Shown piece by piece: positions 48,850-56,692 of a DNA stretch of 64,000 nt. Source of the DNA: Geopsychrobacteraceae bacterium (GTDB taxonomy: Bacteria > Desulfobacterota > Desulfuromonadia > Desulfuromonadales > Geopsychrobacteraceae); NCBI GenBank assembly GCA_963676795.2, contig CAXXTB010000001.1:480001-544000 (forward strand), in the 5' to 3' direction. Positions within the stretch are counted from its first letter, which is position 1. Every line of letters begins with the position of its first letter. The translations under genes and the position numbers were made by a program. Under the pieces are notes generated by a model. That model was not told where the DNA came from, made no database searches, and saw only the letters and a list, made by a program, of their open reading frames with translations.

Positions 48850-48870
48850 TGGAGCGTAAAAAATCTGGAA

Positions 48871-49344
48871 TCAGTCCTTTTTGATCTGTTCTGCCAGGTA
48901 ATTCTGAATACCCATCTGATCGATCTGATCCTGTTCACCTTCGATCCAGTCGAGGTGTGCTTCTTCATCCTTGAGGATTTGCTCGAGAATGATCTTGGTG
49001 CCGTGGTCGTTCAGTCTGGCGCAGAGATCGACCGACTTGTTGTAGTTGTCGATGGCAACCTTTTCGGCGTTCCAGTCAAACTTGTGCATTTCATCGATCT
49101 TGTGGCCGATCTTGATTTCGGCCAGGTTTGAAACGATCGGTTTTCCGTCGAGATAGAGGATCCGTTCGATCAGTTTCTCCGCGTGCTTCATTTCATCGAT
49201 GGAGCGTTTTTTCATCAGTGCGTGGAGCTTGCTGTAGCCCCAATCTTCCGCCATTTCACAGTGCAGAAAATATTGATTGATGGCGGCCAGTTCTTCAGAC
49301 AAGCGTTCGTTCAGAGTGTCGATAATCTCCTGATGTCCCTTCAT
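48871..49344 (-). CDS. bfr: Bacterioferritin (copy 3)
   Basis: 157 aa; 20 substitutions versus copy 1 by hand alignment; all ligands retained; RBS AGGAGG. Confidence 0.96.
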   Translation of the reverse strand: MKGHQEIIDTLNERLSEELAAINQYFLHCEMAEDWGYSKLHALMKKRSIDEMKHAEKLIERILYLDGKPIVSNLAEIKIGHKIDEMHKFDWNAEKVAIDNYNKSVDLCARLNDHGTKIILEQILKDEEAHLDWIEGEQDQIDQMGIQNYLAEQIKKD

Positions 49345-49701
49345 GGTGAAATCCTCCTGTTTGGTTTTGTTGGCAAGAAAACTATATCATTCATTAAAAA
49401 CTGGATAATTCTGTCAGTGAGCCAAAATTGAAAAAATTAGTCTGTGATCCTGGTCACACTTTGCCAGTTATTTTTTTCCAGAGAAAATCGTCCGGCACCG
49501 GGGAAAACGACGATCAGGGATGACAGAATATAAAAGTACCGGGTCTCGAGGTAGAGTGCACCGACATTGGCAATATTTACCGTGAAGATCCTGTCCAAGA
49601 GTAAGGCATGGAAATTCGTGGTGATGGCATGCTAATGTCCGACTTCTTGACGACTGTCTTGCGATAGCATGAAGATCTTTTCAACGCAAAGGTATGAGCT
49701 T

Positions 49702-49920
49702 ATGAAAGATATTGAAATTTCCCGGGAACCTGTCGAGTTGTTCAAGGTTCTGAAGTTTGAAGGGCTGGTTGGCAGCGGCGGTGAAGCAAAGGCGATGATC
49801 GAAGAGGGGGAGGTGCTGGTCAATGGCGATGTGGAAACAAGAAAACGCCGTAAGCTGCTGAACGGCGACCTGATCGAATTTGCCGGTGAAGAGTTTCGGA
49901 TTGTCCTGCCAAAGATATAA
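49702..49920 (+). CDS. S4-domain RNA-binding protein (YaaA/YbcJ-like)
   Basis: EL.K.LK..GL..SGGEAK..I..G.V.VNG.VETRKRRKL..GD. Confidence 0.9.
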   Translation: MKDIEISREPVELFKVLKFEGLVGSGGEAKAMIEEGEVLVNGDVETRKRRKLLNGDLIEFAGEEFRIVLPKI

Positions 49921-49964
49921 AAAGAGCAATGCCGGTGTTTTGTTTCACCGGCATTGCTTTCTTT
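49921..49964. terminator. Bidirectional intrinsic terminator
   Basis: AGCAATGCCGGTG / CACCGGCATTGCT with A- and T-rich flanks between convergent ORFs. Confidence 0.82.
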
Positions 49965-49970
49965 CAAATA

Positions 49971-50096
49971 TCAATAACGTCTTGTTTTTTTGCGCTGCAA
50001 CCTGACGGTTGCCGGGGCCGCTTTTCCAAAGGTCATGACCCAGGCAAAAATAAAAGAGAGAAACATCAGCGATATTGTCAAGATTAAGGTAGACAT
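49971..50096 (-). CDS. 41-aa single-pass membrane protein
   Basis: MSTLILTISLMFLSFIFAWVMTFGKAAPATVRLQRKKTRRY*; RBS AAGGAG; promoter upstream and terminator downstream; absent from the ORF track. Confidence 0.6.
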   Translation of the reverse strand: MSTLILTISLMFLSFIFAWVMTFGKAAPATVRLQRKKTRRY

Positions 50097-50180
50097 CACA
50101 GTGCTCCTTTGCAACACCCTGCTGGGGTCTGTTCAGTTAGTTTCTGCCGGTGGCTACCGTTGCCACTCATATTCTTTACA

Positions 50181-50209
50181 ATTATGGCAATAACGCTGTT
50201 TTAAGGCAA
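50181..50209 (-). promoter_or_regulatory. Sigma70-like promoter for the small membrane protein
   Basis: TTGCCT-N17-CATAAT with a TG extended -10. Confidence 0.5.
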
Positions 50210-50254
50210 GGCTCTCCTGTTTTTTTTTACAGGGTTAAGGTCAGACCTTGCCGC

Positions 50255-50887
50255 TTACTTATTTTTCTGTTTTGCCGCGTAATTCTGGAGAAAGGTGACA
50301 GCATTCGGCAGTAGGGCAAGAAATTTGGATTTATGTTCCGCGATCTCTTCCGCTGTCAGAGGGGCACCTGTTCCGGCTTCCAGCATTGCCGGAATCTGCT
50401 CGGGAAAGGCATTCCCCAGCAGTACCGAGACACAGGCCGAGAGTTCTTCCTTTTCTGAAATTTCATCGGTTGTGAGTTCCGGCAATTTTTGTCCTTCAGC
50501 ATCCAGTCCCCAAACCGCCGGGCGTAATTGGGTCCCGCGCATGAACCCGTAGGTCCACTCGCGAATCTGCTCAATTTCTCTGTCAGTGAGCTGCCCCATA
50601 TCAAACGGGAAGTGCAGAATTCCATTCTTATTGGCTTCCATGAAGCGGACATAAAGGGTCAGGAGTTCGTTGAGCAGCGAGTTCCCCTTGGCTTCATCCT
50701 TGAACTTGAACATCTTTTCACCAAACATGTGAGGGAACCACTGGCTTGGTGGTATCAGCTCCGGGAGGACGGCCAGGCAGTAGAGAAAGCCGTGGAGCCC
50801 CTCAAGGGAAAGGACCTTGTCCTGATCAACCGCAGCAGCCAGCAGTGAATTGAGAGGTTTTTCTTCGTCGGGGGGGAACAGGTTCAC
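50255..50887 (-). CDS. YecA / UPF0149 family protein (no SEC-C tail)
   Basis: LEGLHGFL..L…PELIPPSQW, W..GF..G..L….W; GTG start after AAGGAG. Confidence 0.8.
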   Translation of the reverse strand: MNLFPPDEEKPLNSLLAAAVDQDKVLSLEGLHGFLYCLAVLPELIPPSQWFPHMFGEKMFKFKDEAKGNSLLNELLTLYVRFMEANKNGILHFPFDMGQLTDREIEQIREWTYGFMRGTQLRPAVWGLDAEGQKLPELTTDEISEKEELSACVSVLLGNAFPEQIPAMLEAGTGAPLTAEEIAEHKSKFLALLPNAVTFLQNYAAKQKNK

Positions 50888-51018
50888 AATGAACAACTCC
50901 TTGTTTTTGCGTAAATTTTTCAGAAACTCAATAGATCCTATTTTGCGGCAAAAATCCAGCTTTCTGTATAGAACAGCTTTTGTCCTACTGAGGGTGAAAG
51001 CGGGACGAAGGAAAAGAC

Positions 51019-51057
51019 GAACTGAAAGTCCGGAAGATTATTCCGGCCTTTCAGTTC
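51019..51057 (-). terminator. Intrinsic terminator
   Basis: GAACTGAAAGTCCGGAA / TTCCGGCCTTTCAGTTC just downstream of the 51081 stop. Confidence 0.7.
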
Positions 51058-51080
51058 TGAAACAGGCAATAACGGGCTGT

Positions 51081-52499
51081 CTATTGAACGCTGTTGAAGC
51101 CGAACAGCTTCTCTTTGATAATTTCTTCCGCCACGGCTTCGGGAACGTCCTTTTCCCAGTTTCCGCTGTTCTTTTCGATCTTTTTCAGGACATCATCCGG
51201 CCAGATATACATGATGCTCTTGTCAAACTTCTCGATGCTGACAATCTTGTTGTTGACCTGCAGGTACTTGTAAAAATACTTCAGCGGTTCAGGGGGCTGA
51301 AAATTTTCGCTGGTGATGAATTCATCAGGATGTTCCGCCGTGTGCATCGGGTAGACGATCAGGTTGGTATCTGAGTCGAACATCGATGCAAAGGCACCGA
51401 GCAGGCCTCCCTTGTGCCCTTCGTAATAATCTTCGTTGAAGAGGGCGGTCAGCTGCGGAATCCCCAGCACGAACGCGACCCGCCCCGTGGTATAGCGGCT
51501 TAAGTAGTCGCGGACCCGGAAATGGCGCAGGAAGTTGGAGACGATGACCGGATAGCCGAGCAGGTTCAGGCAATCGACACGGGTGAGGATATCCTTCATG
51601 TCGAGCTGGTCCAGCCAGCGCAGATCGGCGACCGAAATCTCGGGAACCATCATCGCGGTTTCGGGGTTGACGTTCTGCATGGCGCGGAAGATCTCCATGC
51701 CGCTGTTCATCAGGTCATGGGTGACACTGGTGACCGGCTTGAACAGGCCGCGGGCGATCAGGATATCACGTTTGTACAACAGTTCCGACGGGTGGATCAG
51801 GGTCTTGCGATCGGCATTAAAGACAACCGCATCTGACAGTTCCATTTCGACCAGCTTGAGCGCCATCAGGCGGTTGTCCACCTGCTTGAAATCAGGACCG
51901 AAGAAACGGATCATGTCGATTTCTAGCCGTTCGCGGTTAAGATTCTCCCCAAGCGACTGGATGAGACGTTTCGGGTCGTCATGATAGTAGAAGGCGCCAT
52001 AGATCAGGTTGACGCCAAGCACGCCGATGGTCTCCTGCTGCTGCTGGTTGGTGTCGTCGAGCATCCTGACATGCATGTGGATCTGTGATGGTTCCGCGTT
52101 CGGGGTGAGCTGCAGCTTGATCCCCAGCCAGCCGTGACATTCGCCGCGCTGGCTGTAGCTCTTGGCGGTGACCGTGTCGGCAAAGGCGAAGTAGGTCGAG
52201 GTTTCCGGACGGTTTTTGCCGACCCGTTCGACAACCAGCTTGAACTCCTTGTCGAGCATCTTCTCCAGGCGGCTTTCGGTGACGTAGCGTCTGGTCTCTT
52301 CCGGCCCGTAGATCACATCGCTGAAGGTCATGTCATAAGCGGAAATGGTCTTGGCGATGGTTCCGGCAGCGCCCCCGGCCATGAAGAAGGCACGGGAGAC
52401 TTCCTGCCCGGCGCCGATTTCGGCAATGGTCCCGTACTTGTCACGGTCCATGTTGAATTCAAATGCCTTCTGCATGGTCGTCATTATGTCATGAGCCAT
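51081..52499 (-). CDS. Conserved cytoplasmic protein, putative nucleotidyltransferase-like fold
   Basis: YGTIAEIGAGQEV.R.FF.AGGAAGTIAKTISAYDM.FSD.IYG N-terminal motif; RG.F.PVT resembles a degenerate (H/T)xGH loop; no signal peptide. Confidence 0.7.
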   Translation of the reverse strand: MAHDIMTTMQKAFEFNMDRDKYGTIAEIGAGQEVSRAFFMAGGAAGTIAKTISAYDMTFSDVIYGPEETRRYVTESRLEKMLDKEFKLVVERVGKNRPETSTYFAFADTVTAKSYSQRGECHGWLGIKLQLTPNAEPSQIHMHVRMLDDTNQQQQETIGVLGVNLIYGAFYYHDDPKRLIQSLGENLNRERLEIDMIRFFGPDFKQVDNRLMALKLVEMELSDAVVFNADRKTLIHPSELLYKRDILIARGLFKPVTSVTHDLMNSGMEIFRAMQNVNPETAMMVPEISVADLRWLDQLDMKDILTRVDCLNLLGYPVIVSNFLRHFRVRDYLSRYTTGRVAFVLGIPQLTALFNEDYYEGHKGGLLGAFASMFDSDTNLIVYPMHTAEHPDEFITSENFQPPEPLKYFYKYLQVNNKIVSIEKFDKSIMYIWPDDVLKKIEKNSGNWEKDVPEAVAEEIIKEKLFGFNSVQ

Positions 52500-52711
52500 A
52501 GTGGTTCTCCTTGAAGCGGGTCTTCATATCACGAGAATATAATGAGTACAGCATTGTACAGGTTACAAACAGGTATGAAAGGATCTATCTTTATAGCAGA
52601 GAATCACAGAGAAACAATGAACTGTTTTGCCGATTTCCGAAATATTTTTAACGGACGCCGTCCGGAAACACCGGAGGGCAACGCGTATGTATTCAGATTG
52701 GAAACGGCCTG

Positions 52712-53983
52712 TCAGCAGAACAGCGGCACGCTCAGGCCCATGCCGTGGGCGACGCTGGTGAAGGCATTGCCGGTGGCAGCCTTGTCGCGGCCGAAGCGGT
52801 CGCTGAACAGCTGCTGGATGTGGGGGATTTTTGAGGTGCCGCCGGTCAGGGAGACGGTATCGATCTGTTCAGGTTGCAGACCACACTGGCTCAGAACATC
52901 GTCGATGCAGTCGGCAATCTGCTGGAAATTTTCGCCGTTGAGACTTTCGAACTCCTCCCGGCTTAAGGATTCGGCAAGTTTGAAATCGACTTCATCAAAG
53001 CGGATGGCGGTCTGGTCGCTGCCTGAGAGGTCGCATTTGGCCTTTTCTATCGCCTGGAACAGGGCGAAACCGTAGTTTTCCTCGATGATATTCTCCAGGT
53101 TCTGAATCGCTTCGGGGTTGTCGGTGCTGCGCTTGATGGTGTTGATCAGCTCGCGGTTCTGGCGGCTGCGTAAGAGCGGAATACGGTGCCACTGGCTCAA
53201 GGTGTAGACCAGACTGGTTGGCACATCGCACCAGTCTTCGGTGGCAAAGGCCTGGTAGCGGGCGTTGCGGCCGAAGTAGGGGGCAACCTTGTCCCACATG
53301 ACCTGTGAATCGAAACGATCCCCGGCAATATAGACCCCGCCGAGGGCGAGGACATCGCCGCGCCGGTCCCTGCACCCCTGGCCGCCGCCTCTGACGCGGA
53401 TGACGGAAAAGTCCGAGGTGCCGCCACCGAAATCGCCGATAAAAGCGGTCCGTTCCTCGCCCGCCGGGAGGGAGGCTTCAAAGGCCAGCGCCGCGGCAAT
53501 CGGTTCGTACTGAAACCAGATATTCTCGAAACCGGCCTTCTTCGCGGCCTTGAGCAGGTAGGCTTCTGCCGCGGCATCCTTTTCCCTATCTTCCGAGAAG
53601 ACCACCGGGCGGCCGAGAACGACACTGTCGACTCTGGAACCGACATGCCTTTCGCCGCAGCTTTTCAGCTCTTTCAGGATGATCGCGATCAGGTCGTCAA
53701 TGCCGTAGCGCTTGCCGTAGATCTCGGTGCCGCTGAAACTGGTGCTGGGGAGAAAGGTCTTGATCGACTGCATGAAGCGGCCACAGGCGCCGTCGGCGAT
53801 ATACTCGTTGATCGCCTTGGCACCGGTAAAGATTTCCTTCTCTTCATTGAAATAGAGGACCGAACGCAGCAGGTCCTGAGAACGGCTGGTCTTGTCAACA
53901 GAGACAATCTCAACCTGGCCGTCGCGATAGACTGAGAGGGCTGAATTGGACGTTCCGAAATCGATACCAAAGACAATCTGCAC
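52712..53983 (-). CDS. yegD: Hsp70-family protein YegD-like (ATPase domain only)
   Basis: GIDFGTSNS, VLGRPV.F, YEPIAAA, DFGGGTSDFS, LTGGTS. Confidence 0.9.
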   Translation of the reverse strand: MQIVFGIDFGTSNSALSVYRDGQVEIVSVDKTSRSQDLLRSVLYFNEEKEIFTGAKAINEYIADGACGRFMQSIKTFLPSTSFSGTEIYGKRYGIDDLIAIILKELKSCGERHVGSRVDSVVLGRPVVFSEDREKDAAAEAYLLKAAKKAGFENIWFQYEPIAAALAFEASLPAGEERTAFIGDFGGGTSDFSVIRVRGGGQGCRDRRGDVLALGGVYIAGDRFDSQVMWDKVAPYFGRNARYQAFATEDWCDVPTSLVYTLSQWHRIPLLRSRQNRELINTIKRSTDNPEAIQNLENIIEENYGFALFQAIEKAKCDLSGSDQTAIRFDEVDFKLAESLSREEFESLNGENFQQIADCIDDVLSQCGLQPEQIDTVSLTGGTSKIPHIQQLFSDRFGRDKAATGNAFTSVAHGMGLSVPLFC

Positions 53984-54069
53984 TTACTTGACTCCTGTGA
54001 CGCGAAAAAACGTGAAGTAGTAATCTATTCCGCGCCACAAGGCAAGTCTTTAACGGCAGAAATGCAGAT

Positions 54070-54450
54070 TCAGAGGATGGGCGGTTGCTTCTCCAGCCAG
54101 GCCTCGGCCTCGTTCCTCTGCTCCCTGGTGAAGGCCCTGATCTCCAGGCCCGGAAGAAATTCGCTCTTGAGTTCACCGACCTTGCCAATCCAGCTCCTGT
54201 CGGTCAGGACCGCCGCTTTGTGGAATCTCCGGATCATGCCGAACAGCGCGGGGAGGTGGGAGAGCTCAACGGCGATGGCACCCAGTGATGGCAGATGATA
54301 GTCGACAAGGTCATAGAGCATCAGGCCGTTTTCGATCCCTGCCGATTTTTCCAGCAGCTCGTCCAGGGCAACTCTCATCTGTTCTGCATCAAGTTTGCCG
54401 CTCATTTCGATGTCGAGACGCTTGTCGTCAACTCTGGTGACTTTAAACAT
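54070..54450 (-). CDS. STAS/SEC14 (SpoIIAA-like) domain protein
   Basis: SGKL..E, K.AV.TD..W, IRAF…..EA.AWL; ATG 54450 after GGAGG. Confidence 0.85.
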   Translation of the reverse strand: MFKVTRVDDKRLDIEMSGKLDAEQMRVALDELLEKSAGIENGLMLYDLVDYHLPSLGAIAVELSHLPALFGMIRRFHKAAVLTDRSWIGKVGELKSEFLPGLEIRAFTREQRNEAEAWLEKQPPIL

Positions 54451-54502
54451 AAGGCACCTCCCGTTGTTTGTATTCCGCACTTATGGCAGGTTCGGTCGTC
54501 TA

Positions 54503-54625
54503 TCAATTATAGCAGAGAGCAAGGGTCCGGCCGTCGCGGACGATAAACGCACCAAAGGGGTCGCCACCGCTGGCGACCCCTTCAAGAGAAAGTTCGATAG
54601 CTCTGTCGATGTAAGGTTTATGCAT
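54503..54625 (-). pseudogene. Truncated nucleoside/guanine deaminase (N-terminal 40 aa only)
   Basis: MHKPYIDRAIELSLEGVASGGDPFGAFIVRDGRTLALCYN* matches the GuaD/TadA-like N-terminus; no HAE or PCxxC follows. Confidence 0.7.
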
Positions 54626-54645
54626 GGCTTCTTCTCTTTTGCGCC

Positions 54646-56226
54646 TCACACATGCTCGATCGACGTATGGTTGGAGATCTCCGAATTGGTGGTGCACAGA
54701 TCGTCAACACAGAGCCCGTGGACACTGCCGTGTCCGGTCATACGGGCAAAGTCCTTGAGCTCGTCGGTGATGGCAGTGAAGAAGTTGGCGACCCGCTGTG
54801 CCGATTTGTCGATGTCGAAGCGGGCACGCAGCTCAGGGTCCTGGGTAGCGATACCGACCGGGCACTTGCCGCTGTCGCAGATGCGGTACTGCTGGCAGCC
54901 GAGCGCCATCATTGCGGTCGTGGCAATGGCTACGGCATCGGCGCCCATGGCCAGCGCCTTGGCAAAGTCGGACGAGATGCGCAGGCCGCCGGTGATGATC
55001 AGCGAAACGTCTTTGGCGCCCATCTCATCGAGGACCTGACGGGCCCGTGCCAGGGCAAAGATGGCAGGAATGGAGGCCGCATTCTTGACCACCTTGGCGG
55101 CCGATCCGGTCCCGCCGGCGCGGCCATCGATGGTGATGAAGTCAATGCCGGCCGACAGGGCGATCTCGATATCGGCGCGCAGATGACCGGCGGCCAGTTT
55201 GATGCCTATCGGTCTGCCAGCGCTGCGCTGGCGCAGGGAATCGACGGTTTTTTTCAGTTCAGCCGGGGTCCTGATGTCGGCAAAGTGGGCCGGGCTGTAG
55301 ATGTCCTGTCCTTCCGGAAAGCCCCGCACTTCGGCAATCTGTTTCGTTACCTTGACTCCGGGCAGGTGGCCGCCCATCCCCGGTTTGGCCGACTGACCGA
55401 TCTTGATCTCGATGGCGTCGACCTGCTGCAGGTAGGCATTGGTGACACTGTACTTGTTCGGCACATATTCGAAGATATAGCGATGCGCCACAGCCAGCGA
55501 TTCGGGCAGGATCCCCCCCTCGCCGGAGCTGGTTGCCGTCCCGGCAGCAGCGCTGCCCTTGGCCAGGGCGATCTTGGCTTCCGGAGAGAGCGCGCCGAAC
55601 GACATATGGCTGACGATGACCGGCGTGTCGATGACCAGCGGTCTGGCCGCTTTCGTGCCGATGACGGTGGTGCTGTCGACTGCCTCCGCCTTGTTGAGCG
55701 GCAAGCGGGAGAGCTGGGCCCCTTTGATCAGGATCTCATCCCAGGTGATGGTCGGCAGGCGGGTGCGCATCGGTTCGATCAGGCTCTTGCCGGTCATCGC
55801 CATCTGGTGGATATCGGCCATGTGGGTTTCAAACTCATCCGCTTTACGCTGCCATTCGCTCAGGTATTCACCGGTGTGACTTTGGCCTGATGCCTGAGTT
55901 TTGACTGCTCCCGGCAGGCTGCGGCTGAAGGATGCTTTGCCGGCGCCACAGGCCGGGCAGATCCAGTCTGCCGGCAGGCTATCCCAGGCTGTTCCTTCCC
56001 TGACCTCGTCGTAGCTGTAACCGCAGATATTGCAGGTGGCGATGGCTGCCGGGGTGACTGGTGGTTCCGTTTGCCTGGTTTTATCCCTGCCAGCGGTGCA
56101 GGTAAAGCCCTCTTTGGGAGAAGCGCAGGCCGGGCAGAACCAGTTTTCATCCAGATCCTGCCAGGGGGTGGTTTGTTCGCTTTCATCGTATGTGTAAGAG
56201 CAGAGCTCGCATTGCCATTTGAACAT
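54646..56226 (-). CDS. FMN-binding glutamate-synthase-family protein with two N-terminal rubredoxin domains
   Basis: CELC..YDE…W.CPAC and CNIC..YDE…W.CPAC; MSFGALS, SGEGG, EIKIGQ.AKPG.GG.LP, C-X5-C-X4-CPVG; ATG 56226 after GGAGG. Confidence 0.92.
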   Translation of the reverse strand: MFKWQCELCSYTYDESEQTTPWQDLDENWFCPACASPKEGFTCTAGRDKTRQTEPPVTPAAIATCNICGYSYDEVREGTAWDSLPADWICPACGAGKASFSRSLPGAVKTQASGQSHTGEYLSEWQRKADEFETHMADIHQMAMTGKSLIEPMRTRLPTITWDEILIKGAQLSRLPLNKAEAVDSTTVIGTKAARPLVIDTPVIVSHMSFGALSPEAKIALAKGSAAAGTATSSGEGGILPESLAVAHRYIFEYVPNKYSVTNAYLQQVDAIEIKIGQSAKPGMGGHLPGVKVTKQIAEVRGFPEGQDIYSPAHFADIRTPAELKKTVDSLRQRSAGRPIGIKLAAGHLRADIEIALSAGIDFITIDGRAGGTGSAAKVVKNAASIPAIFALARARQVLDEMGAKDVSLIITGGLRISSDFAKALAMGADAVAIATTAMMALGCQQYRICDSGKCPVGIATQDPELRARFDIDKSAQRVANFFTAITDELKDFARMTGHGSVHGLCVDDLCTTNSEISNHTSIEHV

Positions 56227-56615
56227 GACTTCCTCCGAAAAATGAATTGCTGCAATAACAAGAAGATAGGCCTGCAGTATAGCTGCAGGTGCCAAGCATT
56301 ACCAGCTGAATTGCCGGACATTCAGCCGGTCAGGAAGCGGCAGAAACAGTAAACTGGGGCATGCGCAGAAGGCGTTGTGCATTCCTGATTACGAAATATA
56401 TGTGAAAAAATGTCACCATTTCCACCTGTCTTTGCCATAGCCGGACCTGTCTTCTAACTAGCTGCAATAGGGGTGAAAATTGCTCCATCCGCTAGTTGCG
56501 AGGAGCTCTGATCAGGGGGGGCAAACTGACCTTTTAAGTCCCTTTTTTTGTCCTCCCCCCTCTCATAACAGCGACAGACGATGTATAATTCCAGAACAAG
56601 CAGGAATTGCTGACG

Positions 56616-56670
56616 CTGGGAGCCTGTCGGACGTTGGAGCAGCTTCTTGTGATGATCGACAGACTCCCGG
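56616..56670. repeat. Inverted repeat in the prkA leader
   Basis: CTGGGAGCCTGTCGG / TCGACAGACTCCCGG around a 25-nt spacer; TATAAT at 56584 upstream. Confidence 0.4.
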
Positions 56671-56692
56671 GTTCCCCACGGGAGGTTCTCAT

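Noticed and set aside
54500..54505. Selenocysteine readthrough of the TGA ending the deaminase fragment
   Set aside because: Immediately followed by TAG, and no catalytic motifs lie downstream
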